Virus record (IMG/VR): IMGVR_UViG_3300011960_000019 | DNA from: a virus | Lineage: Duplodnaviria > Heunggongvirae > Uroviricota > Caudoviricetes | Direction: 5' to 3' (one strand) | DNA: 64,000 nucleotides | Position numbers and translations under genes: made by a program | The notes under the pieces: generated by a model | The model's database searches: none | What the model saw: only the letters and a program-made list of their open reading frames with translations | What the model was told of the DNA's origin: nothing | Shown here: in pieces, positions 8,471 through 18,322 of the stretch | Position numbering within the stretch: position 1 is the stretch's first letter | How the letters are laid out: each line of letters opens with the position of its first letter

Positions 8471-8689
8471 TGATATTACAGCAAAGGCCAGGGTTGTAAA
8501 GACTTATCTATTTAATTTCGGTAGGCACAAAATCCCAGCATACCGCCATTATACTATGGTTTTTAGGCGATTTGTCACTATTCGCTTACAGAAATAAGTA
8601 AGACGTATCTGATATAGTTGAATTCCATATTGATACAATAGGTAGTAGTATTGCCGAACTTTCAAATGTGTTCAGTTGGATGATATGAA

Positions 8690-8902
8690 ATGAAAAATAT
8701 AACTTCTAAATTGACCGCCCTTGAGGTTGGACACGCATATGCGATTGGACTGGATGGCGTCGCGACGATCCTGACAGAACTAGAATCTGAAGAGCTTCCC
8801 GTGGAAATGGTTGATACGACGGTTTTCACTTTTGAGCTAAAAAATAAACATTTCACTCTCATCAATACCGGTTGCGGCTCCCTTGCCGTGAGAACCATTT
8901 AA
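8690..8902 (+). CDS. small hypothetical protein (70 aa) divergent from the repressor
   Basis: ORF track. Position resembles a cro-like slot, but no HTH is obvious. Confidence 0.35.
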   Translation: MKNITSKLTALEVGHAYAIGLDGVATILTELESEELPVEMVDTTVFTFELKNKHFTLINTGCGSLAVRTI

Positions 8903-8924
8903 AACACATTCCTGCCTATAGATG

Positions 8925-8958
8925 CCTGTACGAACAGCTTAGTTGCCTGTTCGTACAG
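8925..8958. promoter_or_regulatory. 13-bp inverted repeat cctgtacgaacag / ctgttcgtacagg with 8-bp spacer (operator-like)
   Basis: Read directly. Lies about 55 bp upstream of the vWA gene start. Confidence 0.45.
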
Positions 8959-9011
8959 TGATAAATTACGCACATCAGAAAACAAATTGTTTTAATAACA
9001 AGGAAATTCTC

Positions 9012-11384
9012 ATGTCCAAAGCCATGACCAGATCTGTGCTGAAAGAGGTACAGGACTTTCGCGACTGCGTAAAACGAGTTGTAGCGATGCTATCAGGCAA
9101 ACAGATACCTGTTGCAGAGCGAGGCAATGAAGCATATGTCCGCTACAACCGGCGCGGCGAACCAGTGCTGGTAAACATCCCATCTATACCGGACGACGCG
9201 TCACCAACCCTCATGAACGCAGTACGTGGTTTTCTCGACCATGAGGTAGCCCATATCCTCTTTACTGATCCGAAAGTCGCAATGAAGATGCGCGAGAAAG
9301 GAAAGGCTCCGTCTACCGGGCTTTGGAACGCGCTGGAAGACGTTTTTATTGAACGCAGAATGGGACAGGTATTCAACGGAACTCGTCGCAATTTGCTGGC
9401 CACACAGAACCTGGTGATCGACAAATACTTCATGGGCAAAGTTTCAGAGGCGGTTTCAATCTGCCACGGCAACCAGCGTGAATTGTTCCTGAAATTCTTC
9501 CTTTGCCCGGTCGTTCGCGCCTGGGATGGCCAAAGCCCTTTCATCGACTTTATGGAAGAACACTGGCACCTCATCGAGAAGCCTGTGGCCTTGCTCAAAG
9601 AGCATGGTATCGACGTGGCCGTTCGCAATATGTCGAACACAGAAGACTGCGTGAAGGTAGCAGCTGCTATCGCCCAAATCATGCAGGATATGAAAGACAA
9701 GCCAGAGGGCAAATTACCAGAGCTTAAATCGTCTGCTAGGAAGCCGTCGAAGAGTGAGGATGAGTCAGAGGAAACCCCAGAAGCCGGTGACGAACCGACT
9801 CATAGTGAATCAGCACCAAAGCGTACCAAAGGCGAAGACGACGACAAGGAAGAGCAAGAAGATGATGCCTCAGAAGAGGAAGAGTCTGGGGATTCTGATT
9901 TGCCTGAATCAGTAGATAAGGACTTACCTACAGAAAATAAAGAAATTAGTGATACAGAAAGTAAATATACAGAAGCAGGCGAAGAGGAATCAGGAGACAC
10001 CCCAGAATCCGATGATGCCGGCATGGAATCAGGTGATTCTGATGACGAAGGTGGTAGTGATGACACTGGCTCTCCAACGCCTGGTGATGGCATTCGCGAA
10101 GACGCCGATGACTCCGATGGTTATGGCTCTGGCGCCGCTGGCGATGGGGATAGTGATAGTAATGACGGCGAAGACTCCGATGCCGGTCACGGGGAGTCGG
10201 AAGGAGAAGGCGAAGAGGAAGATGATGCCGCCGATCAAACAGACGGCGAAGGTAAAGAAAATGAGGATGCTGCGGAAGCGCCTGAAGACAGTGAGTCAGG
10301 CTTTGTTCCTGCTCCGGATGAAATGACTCTGGAGGACGCACTCAAGGCGCTCGACGAGATGGAAGACGGAACAGGCGAAATGACCGAAGACGCACTGTCG
10401 GCCACCATCAGCAAAGAGCTTATGAGCACCTCACTTTCTGAGTATCGCCCATACGATCGTTCATACGACTTTATCGGGTTGATTGATGAGGCTGAAGAGC
10501 ATGTAAAGCGCACCAGAAAGACGTTCGGCGCAATCCCGATGCACTCACCGGTCGATCGCTACCGCATGGTTCCGGAAGGCAGAAGGCTCTTTGAACTGAA
10601 AATCGAAAAACATCTGTCAGCAGGCGTTTCTTCGACTCTGGCCAAAGACCTGGAGCGAGCTATCGCCAGCCGCAATCGAGTTCAGTTTATCCCAGGCCAG
10701 AGACGTGGGCGGATACATGGCGCGAACCTGTATCGTCTGGCAATGAACGACGACCGCGTGTTCCGCAAGAAAGAAGACCACAGAGCGGTGAACGCGTGCG
10801 TCCAGCAAGTGATCGACTTGTCCGGCTCAATGGGCGGCAGGAAGATTCAACTGGCACTCGCCAGCGCCTACACCATTGCGGATGCTCTGGATCGTATCAA
10901 TGTGCCTAACATCATCACCGGCTTTACCACGTTTGGTAGCCCAGATTATGAAACCATGTCGAAGCGCGGGTTTACTCGTTTCGAGGCGCTAATGCTGCCC
11001 ATTATCAAAAACTGGAATGAGAAAGCTAACTCTCCAGAGATCCGCGCCCGCATGGGCTGCGTGTGTGAGACGTTCCCCCTGCTCAATAACGTCGATGGTG
11101 AGAGCGTCGCGCAGCTGGCGACTCTGTTTGCAGGGCGAATGGAGGACAAGAAGATCATGCTGGTTATGAGCGACGGGGCGCCATGTGCTGCAGGCGATGG
11201 GTTCCATCAGCATTTGCGAACCGTCACCAAAGAAATTGAGACGTTGAGTGACATCGATTTGATGGCTATCGGCGTTCTGACCGACGCACCACGGCGTTAC
11301 TACAAAAATTACGCACTGGTAAACAGCGTAGAAGAGTTAGGGCCGTCAGTCGTCACAGAGCTATCTCGTATCATTCTTGGGTAA
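9012..11384 (+). CDS. vWA-domain protein with long acidic low-complexity linker (CobT-like)
   Basis: C-terminal MIDAS-type VIDLSGSMGG. About 250-aa D/E/S-rich region in the middle. RBS aagga before the Met at 9012; the frame is open from 8943. Confidence 0.75.
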   Translation: MSKAMTRSVLKEVQDFRDCVKRVVAMLSGKQIPVAERGNEAYVRYNRRGEPVLVNIPSIPDDASPTLMNAVRGFLDHEVAHILFTDPKVAMKMREKGKAPSTGLWNALEDVFIERRMGQVFNGTRRNLLATQNLVIDKYFMGKVSEAVSICHGNQRELFLKFFLCPVVRAWDGQSPFIDFMEEHWHLIEKPVALLKEHGIDVAVRNMSNTEDCVKVAAAIAQIMQDMKDKPEGKLPELKSSARKPSKSEDESEETPEAGDEPTHSESAPKRTKGEDDDKEEQEDDASEEEESGDSDLPESVDKDLPTENKEISDTESKYTEAGEEESGDTPESDDAGMESGDSDDEGGSDDTGSPTPGDGIREDADDSDGYGSGAAGDGDSDSNDGEDSDAGHGESEGEGEEEDDAADQTDGEGKENEDAAEAPEDSESGFVPAPDEMTLEDALKALDEMEDGTGEMTEDALSATISKELMSTSLSEYRPYDRSYDFIGLIDEAEEHVKRTRKTFGAIPMHSPVDRYRMVPEGRRLFELKIEKHLSAGVSSTLAKDLERAIASRNRVQFIPGQRRGRIHGANLYRLAMNDDRVFRKKEDHRAVNACVQQVIDLSGSMGGRKIQLALASAYTIADALDRINVPNIITGFTTFGSPDYETMSKRGFTRFEALMLPIIKNWNEKANSPEIRARMGCVCETFPLLNNVDGESVAQLATLFAGRMEDKKIMLVMSDGAPCAAGDGFHQHLRTVTKEIETLSDIDLMAIGVLTDAPRRYYKNYALVNSVEELGPSVVTELSRIILG

Positions 11385-11480
11385 TTGCTTTACCCGTAAA
11401 AATAAGTAATCACTTACTATAAAGCCTATTATATTTATATAAGATATACCCCACGAACGACAAACAGTAAGGAAAAACAC

Positions 11481-14400
11481 ATGACCGCTACTGCACTACA
11501 GCAAGAAGAACATTTGCCGGAAGCCATCGTCTGCAAGTGGTGTGGCAAATCCTTTCATTACCTGAAATCCCATATCTCTATGGGCCGCTGCGAGAACATT
11601 CCTGAGTCCGCGAAAGGTCTGGACGTGGACGAGGTGGTGAAAATGTACACCACTGCGTTTCCGGATGAACCAACGATCTCTCGCACGGCACTGGCCAAAC
11701 TCAATGAGAAGCGTGCCGAAAAGCATTCAGGCGAAGGAAAAGTAGCGGAGATTAGCGCACACCCGGGCTACGCAGGAACGGTCGAATACAAGACCGAACT
11801 GGTGGCCGCGCACGAGCTGCTTGGCGTAACGATCAAAGAGCTGGGAACGCCACGCGGAAAACCACTACAGGTGACAGTCAATGTCAACACGCCATATCCG
11901 GAGTTCGTACCGGAAGCGAAGAAGAACTATGTGTATGGCGACTTCGACCTGATTAAAGACATCTTCATGATGCTGGAAATCGGAATCCCAGGCTATCTCT
12001 GGGGTCATGCAGGAACCGGTAAATCTTCTCTTCCTACGCAGCTATGCGCCCTGCTGAATCGACCACTGATCCGCGCCCAGCATACGGCGTCTATGGAAGA
12101 AGCACACGTTACAGGCCAGATCCTCGCTCGCGATGGCTCCACCTACTTCGAGCCGGGTTTGCTGGCGCTGGCGATGAAAAATGGCTGGGTGTACCTCGCT
12201 GATGAATATGACTTCGCGTTCCCGCAGATTCTGGGTGTGTACCAGCCAGTTCTTGAAGGAGAACCGCTGATCATCAAAGAGGCAACTCCGGACTGGCGCC
12301 GTATCACTCCGCATAAACGCTTTGCCTTCATTGGCACTGGAAACACTAACGGCTCTGGCGACGAAACGGGTCTCTATCAAGGAACGAACATCCAGAACGC
12401 GGCGAACTTCTCGCGCTTCGGCATTGTTTCGAACGTGAAGTACATGAGCACTAAGGCTGAAGTCAACATGCTGGCTGAGGCTGGCGTCATCCGCGAATAC
12501 GCCGAGAAGATGGTGAAATTCGCGAACCTTGTCCGTGAAGGTTATGAACAGCATCTGATCAGCCAGCCAATCGGCCCTCGCGAGCTGCTGCTGTCCGCAA
12601 AAATCGGAATGATGCGCGGTGATTTCTCTGCCGGCATCGAAAAGTCGTTTATCAATAAACTTCCATCCACGTCTGCACAGGCAGCGCGTGAAGCCAACAA
12701 GCGCGAGCAATTCTACTTTGTCCCGCGTCTGGCGCTTGACCAGCTGGCGGCCGCATATGCCAAAGGCAACATCATCCTGCTGACGTCTGACATTGGCAGT
12801 GTATTCCAGCGCCGGGACTTCGCAAAGATTATCGGGACGCTGGTGACAACTGGAGGACGCGATAACTTCTACAGCGTGGTTTATCCGCACCCTACCCCAT
12901 TCTACGACCAGATTAACGTCCGGGCGATGAAAGTGGCGAGCGCACTGAAAATAGAGCCAGTGGCGTTCTATCCTGCTTATTACGAAGCGGTCGACGACGC
13001 TGACATTAAAGACATTGCGCACATGGTTACGAACAACATCAAAATCGACCAGCCGCATCGTCTGCGTATTCCCCACCAGCGAGATAACGCCGTTAATGGT
13101 CGCCGCCATCTCCTTGAAGCGCTGAAAGCCTTCTCCGTTCGAATGGATGTGCCGGTAACATCTGCAATGGCCTCAACAACGCAGGACACCATTATTGAAG
13201 CCTGCACATGGCGCTGGCATGAATTGTCACCAGCACTGCCCAAGATGGCAGACGACGAGCCTGCAACGCTGATGAAGCTGGCTGTCGCGGGGCTGCGCAA
13301 GCGTCTTACTACCAAAGAGTTTGGCTACACACCACCGGCTTCTGAGCACCGTGTGTATGTTGATCGCCTGAAGTACGAAATGGACACTCTGACCCGCCTG
13401 GGCTTCTGTGGTTACTTCCTGATGGTGCGCGACCTGATGAATCACAGCCGTGAAACTGGCATTCCTGTCGGGCCAGGTCGTGGTTCCTCTGCCGGTTCTC
13501 TGGTAGCGTGGTGCATCGGCATAACCAACGTCGATCCTATCCGTCACGGTCTTCTGTTTGAGCGTTTCATTAACCCTGAACGTCTCGACTTGCCGGATGC
13601 GGATCTGGACTTCAGCCAGGCACGTCGACATGAGGTGATCGAGTATCTGAATGAACGCTATGGCGAAGATTACGTTGCAGGTATTCCGAACTTCACCTAT
13701 CTGGGCGCGGCTTCGGCGCTGCGTGACACTGCACGTATTTACGGTGTCGACGCTGCGGATATGGCGGTATCCAAAGAGTTCAAGAATCTGGAAGACGATA
13801 GCCTGTCACTGGAAGAGCTGCGCGAGCAACTGGCCAGCCTGGACAAATACGCCACGAAAAACCCGCAAGCGTTCAAAGCGGCGTGTAAGCTGCAAAACCT
13901 AATGCGTGGTTTTGGCCGTCATGCAGCGGGGATGATCGTCGCTGGCGTTCCATTGGTAGAGCGCACGCCCGTCGAGCTGCGTGGCAACGCTCGCTGTATT
14001 GCGTTCGATAAACGTTACTGCGAGGCGATGGGGCTGATTAAGCTGGACGTTCTCGGTCTGGCAACGCTCGATCTGCTGGATAGCGCTAAACGCTACATCA
14101 AAGAGAGTACCGGGGAAGACATCAATCTCGATGCCATCCCACTGGACGATCGCAAGGTTCTGGATGGGTTCGCTGCAGGGTACACGCAGGGCGTATTCCA
14201 GCTGGAGTCCGGCCCCATGCGCAAGCTGCTTAAAGATCTGGGCGGTGGCATTGAACCAATGAGCTTCAAAACCGTTGTCGCCACTACCGCACTCTTCCGA
14301 CCAGGCCCGATTCAATCCGGCATGTTGGACGACTATGTCTCCGTGGCCAAAGGCTTCATGGCTCCACAGTCGTTGCACCCGGTACTGGACGAACTTACCG

Positions 14401-15863
14401 CGGAAACCAACGGCGTGATTCTGTATCAGGAACAGACGATGAACGCGACACGATTGCTGGCCGGCTTCACGATGGCCGAAGCTGATGGTGTGCGTAAAGC
14501 GATCGGTAAAAAGGATATGGAAAAGATGAAGAGCATGGGCGAGAAGTTCGTCGTTCAGGCTCAAGCTGGTTGGATCGACGTTGAGATGGAAGACGGCACA
14601 ACGCAGCGTATTCACCGCGCGGAACACTTTAAATGTGAGGACGGCGCACTGCGGACGGTCGAAGAAGCGCTGGAGGCTGGTGTGAAATTGCCTATGGCTG
14701 CTGTACGCGTTACAGGGTCACAACCGGGCTTGTCTGAAACGAAAGCGAGGGAGATCTGGGCTGCCTTCGAGAAGAACGGTGCGTATCAGTTCAACAAATC
14801 ACACTCCGTTGCCTACTCGCTGATCAGCTATCAGTCTATGTGGTTAAAGACACATTACCCTGCTGAGTTCTTCGCTGCTGCGCTCACCATTCTGGGAGAG
14901 GATAAGCACCAGGGGCTGGTTAAGGATGCGCTGACCTATGGCATTCGCGTATTACCACCAGACGTTAACGTGTCATCTAACCGAATTGAGATCCGCACGC
15001 TGGAAGACGGCAGCCAGGTACTGTATGCGCCATTCTCTGCTGTGAAAGGCTGCTCTGAGAACGGATGCCAGGCCATCATGAGAGCGCGTGAGAAAGTTGG
15101 CGGCAAATTCGAGTCACTTGAGCAATTTGAGGAAGCGGTCGAGAAGCGTGCGTGTAACAGCCGGGTACGCGAGTCACTGCAAAAAGTAGGTGCGTTCGCA
15201 TCGATTGAGCCTGGCAGTCTGCCAGCGACAGATCCGGAACGACTGCGCGACCAGGCAGAGTTGATGGGCAATCTGGTGATCGACGCTGTAAAAGCCTCTC
15301 GACCGTTCGAGATGACCCCTAAGCGCTCTGCTGAAGTGAATGTACTGATGACTCGCATGGCGGCAGAAATGGGTCTGGGAGACGACCTGATCCGCCCAAG
15401 CATTGGCATTAAGCCGAAAATCATGATCATTCTGGACAACGCGAACGGCAATGATGGGCGTACCGGCTACTTCATGGAGAACGGCTACGACGACTTTAAG
15501 GCGAAGTTGCTTACTGCAGGCGATCTGCGCATGGGCGATCTCTACGTCACCGGCGTGTGCAAAAAGGTAAAGGACAAAGAGAAGGATTACACCAAAGACG
15601 AGATCGGCCAGTTCACCGACTTTATGCGTGAAGAGATCAATCTGGTGCGTCCGACCTATGTGCTGACGTGTGGCAGCCGGGCGACGTCGCTCTTCAACAA
15701 CAAGAGCAAACCATCCGACCTGGTTGGACGCAAAGAGTATCTGCCAGAGCTGGATGTGACCGTTTTCTACGGATTTAACCCGAACATTTTGTACTTTCGC
15801 CCAGAGGAAGGCGAAAAGCTGGAAGCAATTCTGGCAGAGGTAGCGGAGACTATTAGCAAATGA
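11481..15863 (+). CDS. fusion protein: Zn-finger-like N-terminus + MoxR/CobS-like AAA+ ATPase + DNA polymerase III alpha (DnaE)-type polymerase core lacking a recognisable PHP domain
   Basis: - Single uninterrupted 1460-aa ORF.
- Residues ~170-400 carry Walker A GHAGTGKSS and Walker B VYLADEYD.
- Residues ~600-700 carry the DnaE palm motif GFCGYFLMVRDL...GPGRGSSAGSLVAWCIGITNVDP...LFERFINPERLDLPDADLDF.
- The His-rich PHP motifs are not seen upstream of it. Confidence 0.75.
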   Translation: MTATALQQEEHLPEAIVCKWCGKSFHYLKSHISMGRCENIPESAKGLDVDEVVKMYTTAFPDEPTISRTALAKLNEKRAEKHSGEGKVAEISAHPGYAGTVEYKTELVAAHELLGVTIKELGTPRGKPLQVTVNVNTPYPEFVPEAKKNYVYGDFDLIKDIFMMLEIGIPGYLWGHAGTGKSSLPTQLCALLNRPLIRAQHTASMEEAHVTGQILARDGSTYFEPGLLALAMKNGWVYLADEYDFAFPQILGVYQPVLEGEPLIIKEATPDWRRITPHKRFAFIGTGNTNGSGDETGLYQGTNIQNAANFSRFGIVSNVKYMSTKAEVNMLAEAGVIREYAEKMVKFANLVREGYEQHLISQPIGPRELLLSAKIGMMRGDFSAGIEKSFINKLPSTSAQAAREANKREQFYFVPRLALDQLAAAYAKGNIILLTSDIGSVFQRRDFAKIIGTLVTTGGRDNFYSVVYPHPTPFYDQINVRAMKVASALKIEPVAFYPAYYEAVDDADIKDIAHMVTNNIKIDQPHRLRIPHQRDNAVNGRRHLLEALKAFSVRMDVPVTSAMASTTQDTIIEACTWRWHELSPALPKMADDEPATLMKLAVAGLRKRLTTKEFGYTPPASEHRVYVDRLKYEMDTLTRLGFCGYFLMVRDLMNHSRETGIPVGPGRGSSAGSLVAWCIGITNVDPIRHGLLFERFINPERLDLPDADLDFSQARRHEVIEYLNERYGEDYVAGIPNFTYLGAASALRDTARIYGVDAADMAVSKEFKNLEDDSLSLEELREQLASLDKYATKNPQAFKAACKLQNLMRGFGRHAAGMIVAGVPLVERTPVELRGNARCIAFDKRYCEAMGLIKLDVLGLATLDLLDSAKRYIKESTGEDINLDAIPLDDRKVLDGFAAGYTQGVFQLESGPMRKLLKDLGGGIEPMSFKTVVATTALFRPGPIQSGMLDDYVSVAKGFMAPQSLHPVLDELTAETNGVILYQEQTMNATRLLAGFTMAEADGVRKAIGKKDMEKMKSMGEKFVVQAQAGWIDVEMEDGTTQRIHRAEHFKCEDGALRTVEEALEAGVKLPMAAVRVTGSQPGLSETKAREIWAAFEKNGAYQFNKSHSVAYSLISYQSMWLKTHYPAEFFAAALTILGEDKHQGLVKDALTYGIRVLPPDVNVSSNRIEIRTLEDGSQVLYAPFSAVKGCSENGCQAIMRAREKVGGKFESLEQFEEAVEKRACNSRVRESLQKVGAFASIEPGSLPATDPERLRDQAELMGNLVIDAVKASRPFEMTPKRSAEVNVLMTRMAAEMGLGDDLIRPSIGIKPKIMIILDNANGNDGRTGYFMENGYDDFKAKLLTAGDLRMGDLYVTGVCKKVKDKEKDYTKDEIGQFTDFMREEINLVRPTYVLTCGSRATSLFNNKSKPSDLVGRKEYLPELDVTVFYGFNPNILYFRPEEGEKLEAILAEVAETISK

Positions 15864-16303
15864 ACAAAGAGAACACCATGAACGAGGCTCAGAAGATTGC
15901 ACAAGCGCTGGCGGCTATCCCAGCAGATTTTCGGGATAAGGCAGTTGCAGCCACCATGCGGTCGCAGTTCTGGGAAATCATCGACTGCCCGGTCACGTTA
16001 GATCTGGCGCTGGCGTTCGCCGGGCTGGATGGCGCCGATAAAGTCAGTCGTCTGCGTAAATGTGCCAGAGCGCTGGCGCTCAAAACGCAAGATCCGAAGG
16101 CGTGCCAGTATCTGCTGGAGATCTACGAATCGGATAACCCAGAGGAACAGCTGGAGGCGTTCAAAGTGTTCCGCAATCGGCTGGTACTGAAGGTGGCCAA
16201 AGAGTTTATGGAAGTGAACAAGATTGGCGATGTGAGACAGTACAGGCTGAAGCGCCAGACCAGAGTCACGCTATCCAATATTTTTGGTAAGAAAGTCGCT
16301 TAA
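15860..16303 (+). CDS. hypothetical protein (147 aa)
   Basis: ATGA overlap with the polymerase stop. No motif. Confidence 0.45.
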   Translation: MNKENTMNEAQKIAQALAAIPADFRDKAVAATMRSQFWEIIDCPVTLDLALAFAGLDGADKVSRLRKCARALALKTQDPKACQYLLEIYESDNPEEQLEAFKVFRNRLVLKVAKEFMEVNKIGDVRQYRLKRQTRVTLSNIFGKKVA

Positions 16304-16340
16304 TGAAATGGCCCGATTCTTTCGGGCATTTTCATTAATA
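16303..16340. terminator. bidirectional stem-loop terminator
   Basis: aatgaaatggcccgattctttcgggcattttcatt is a perfect palindrome with a GC core and flanking A/T runs, placed between convergent genes. Confidence 0.6.
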
Positions 16341-17258
16341 GTTATATATGTTATTTCTTATGATCTCTTGAATTTGCACATTGACGGGGAAACAGCTTTC
16401 CATTTCATCTTTAAAAATAGAACTCTCACCTCTAAAGTGATATGCCAAATTTGAGAAGTAATCTAGCAGTCGGTCTAAATGAAGATCGCATAGTTCCATA
16501 TATTCCTGAACTACAGGGTATTGCATGACAAGTAGTTTATTATCAGTTTTAAGTCTTAAAAATTCATCATAGTCATTAAGCAATCTATTCAAGGAATGAG
16601 GATAGGTCTCCCAGGCAACAGGGAATTTAAAATCCTCTTCCGGCAAACCTGATTCTTCAATTTCTTCATTTACTTCGTTAATGACTTTCATAAGTTCATG
16701 TTTTGAACTCGTTGCCATCTCAACAACTTCCTTGTCAAGCTCGGTCATCCATAGCTTCGACCAATCCTGCTTGTGCATTGGACGAAGACGATGCTTGTGC
16801 GATTCAAAGATAATATTAGTTTTTGAATCCTTATTTTTTCGTGCCTTCTCAGAATAGTTATCAAGGCTTTCACTATCTAAATGACGCCAGTATATTTCAG
16901 GCTCATCTTTAATATTCATTTCATTAAGACTTACAAGCACAATTACTACCGGCTCATGTTGAGAACTCCAATAGCCAAGGTTATCAAGACCAACTCTAAC
17001 ACTTAAACTTTCTTCCATCTGTCTTGAGGTAGTTTTAACCTGAACAGAAATAAAAGCCCCTGTTGATTTGGTGTCATCTGCAAACATTTCAACCTGAGCA
17101 TCAATTCCCATGTCAACACTCAATAGTCGACAAGGCCAGCCAAAGTATCGTGATATCCAGTAGGCGAATAAATACTCCCCGGCATGTCCGTAGGCACTGG
17201 ATTTTGGGTAAATCATCGCCTCTTTTGGTGACTGGTTGTTTGTCTTTGGTGATTTCAT
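16335..17258 (-). CDS. DUF4365-like PD-(D/E)xK family protein (307 aa), low-GC accessory gene
   Basis: - GHAGEYLFAYWISRYFGWPCRLLSVDMGIDAQVEMF...ISVQVKTT fits the G..GE...D.GID..VE...K nuclease core.
- Start set at the ATG at 17256-17258 with RBS aagga.
- The longer 489-aa track ORF extends antisense into the neighbouring + gene.
- AT-rich. Confidence 0.5.
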   Translation of the reverse strand: MKSPKTNNQSPKEAMIYPKSSAYGHAGEYLFAYWISRYFGWPCRLLSVDMGIDAQVEMFADDTKSTGAFISVQVKTTSRQMEESLSVRVGLDNLGYWSSQHEPVVIVLVSLNEMNIKDEPEIYWRHLDSESLDNYSEKARKNKDSKTNIIFESHKHRLRPMHKQDWSKLWMTELDKEVVEMATSSKHELMKVINEVNEEIEESGLPEEDFKFPVAWETYPHSLNRLLNDYDEFLRLKTDNKLLVMQYPVVQEYMELCDLHLDRLLDYFSNLAYHFRGESSIFKDEMESCFPVNVQIQEIIRNNIYNY

Positions 17259-17384
17259 TTTTAATTCCTTGTTAAAACTCAATCTTCCCCTTTCGCCCCA
17301 AAAATGTCTACCGCCAATCATGGCAGTAACCCTCCATTTGTTTGATATAATCAGATACATAAAAGTAAGCTGGAACCTATCAAT

Positions 17385-17816
17385 ATGAACACCGATATCT
17401 ACGAAAAAATCATGTCCGACCTGGAGTTCGACCGCGACAATCTGGAGGAAGTCTGGCGTCAGCAACCGCGCCTGTTGATGGAGTACGGCTCTAAGCTGGC
17501 GCGGGCAGAACGCGAAGTCGCAGATGCAAAACTCTCCCTCGATGCGATTGAGGCGAAAATCTACGACAATGAGCGTAAGAACCTGAGTATGAACGGCATT
17601 AAGTTCAATGAATCCGTACTGGAGGCGAAGGTTAGAACCAACCCGCAATACCTCGCGAAGCGCCAGAAACTCGACGATGCCCGGCACATTGCAGATCTGT
17701 ACAAGCACGCTGTAGCCGCCTTCTCCCACCGCCGCGACATGATTGTCCAGGCGTCCAAAATGGCTATCGTGGAGATTGAACGTTTGGGCGCCGAACGTTT
17801 CCACTCTCCCCGTTAA
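17385..17816 (+). CDS. hypothetical coiled-coil protein (143 aa)
   Basis: ORF track. Charged, helical-looking sequence. No motif. Confidence 0.4.
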   Translation: MNTDIYEKIMSDLEFDRDNLEEVWRQQPRLLMEYGSKLARAEREVADAKLSLDAIEAKIYDNERKNLSMNGIKFNESVLEAKVRTNPQYLAKRQKLDDARHIADLYKHAVAAFSHRRDMIVQASKMAIVEIERLGAERFHSPR

Positions 17817-17922
17817 TTTATGCTAGATCGTAAGTAAGTACTGATCTATCATTCTTCTCGCTCGAAAGAGCCACGAATAAACGAACGCCCAACGCGCATA
17901 GCGCCAAGACATTCAGGCAGAA

Positions 17923-18279
17923 ATGTCACCGGTAGGTATTGAGGTTATTAGCCTGTCATGGGTGGGCAAACCAGACTACCCGGACACTGTCATCGAATCT
18001 ATCAATGCCAAAGTGACCGCGAACCAGAAAACGCTCCAGCGCCAGCAGGAAGTTGAGCAGCGCAAGGCAGAAGCGAACATGCTGCGTGAACAAGCCGAAG
18101 GTGAAGCCGACGCTATCCGCAAGCGTGCTCAAGCAGAAGCTGATGCCATCAAGTTGCGCGGTGAAGCATTACGTCAGAACCCGAACGTCATGGAGCTGGA
18201 AGCCATCAACAAATGGAATGGTCAGTTGCCTCAGTACATGACTGAAGGGGCTAATACTCCGTTTATCGCGTTGAAGTAA
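17923..18279 (+). pseudogene. C-terminal fragment of an SPFH/band-7 (HflK/HflC-like) protein
   Basis: EQRKAEANMLREQAEGEADAIRKRAQAEADAIKLRGEALRQNPNVMELEAINKWNG is the characteristic C-terminal coiled-coil/tail of band-7 proteins. The N-terminal SPFH core is absent and no proper start is present. Confidence 0.45.
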
Positions 18280-18295
18280 CAGCCTTTTCAAAGAT

Positions 18296-18322
18296 ACGGC
18301 GTCCACTTGGACGCCTTTTTTA
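18296..18322 (+). terminator. rho-independent terminator
   Basis: ggcgtccacttggacgcc stem followed by ttttttatt. Confidence 0.7.

Noticed and set aside
9143-10513. Several minus- and plus-strand ORFs (for example 9143-9712, 9946-10341, 9949-10326) within the vWA gene
   Set aside because: They arise from the biased acidic-repeat coding region and are antisense or off-frame to a gene with a clear vWA MIDAS motif.
12042-13109. 355-aa minus-strand ORF inside the polymerase gene
   Set aside because: It is entirely antisense to a strongly supported DnaE-type coding frame. The same applies to 13899-14627 and 15174-15902.
16335-17804. 489-aa minus-strand ORF from the track
   Set aside because: Its first 182 codons run antisense through the better-supported plus-strand gene 17385-17816 and have odd composition. 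An ATG with a good RBS at 17258 gives a coherent 307-aa product.
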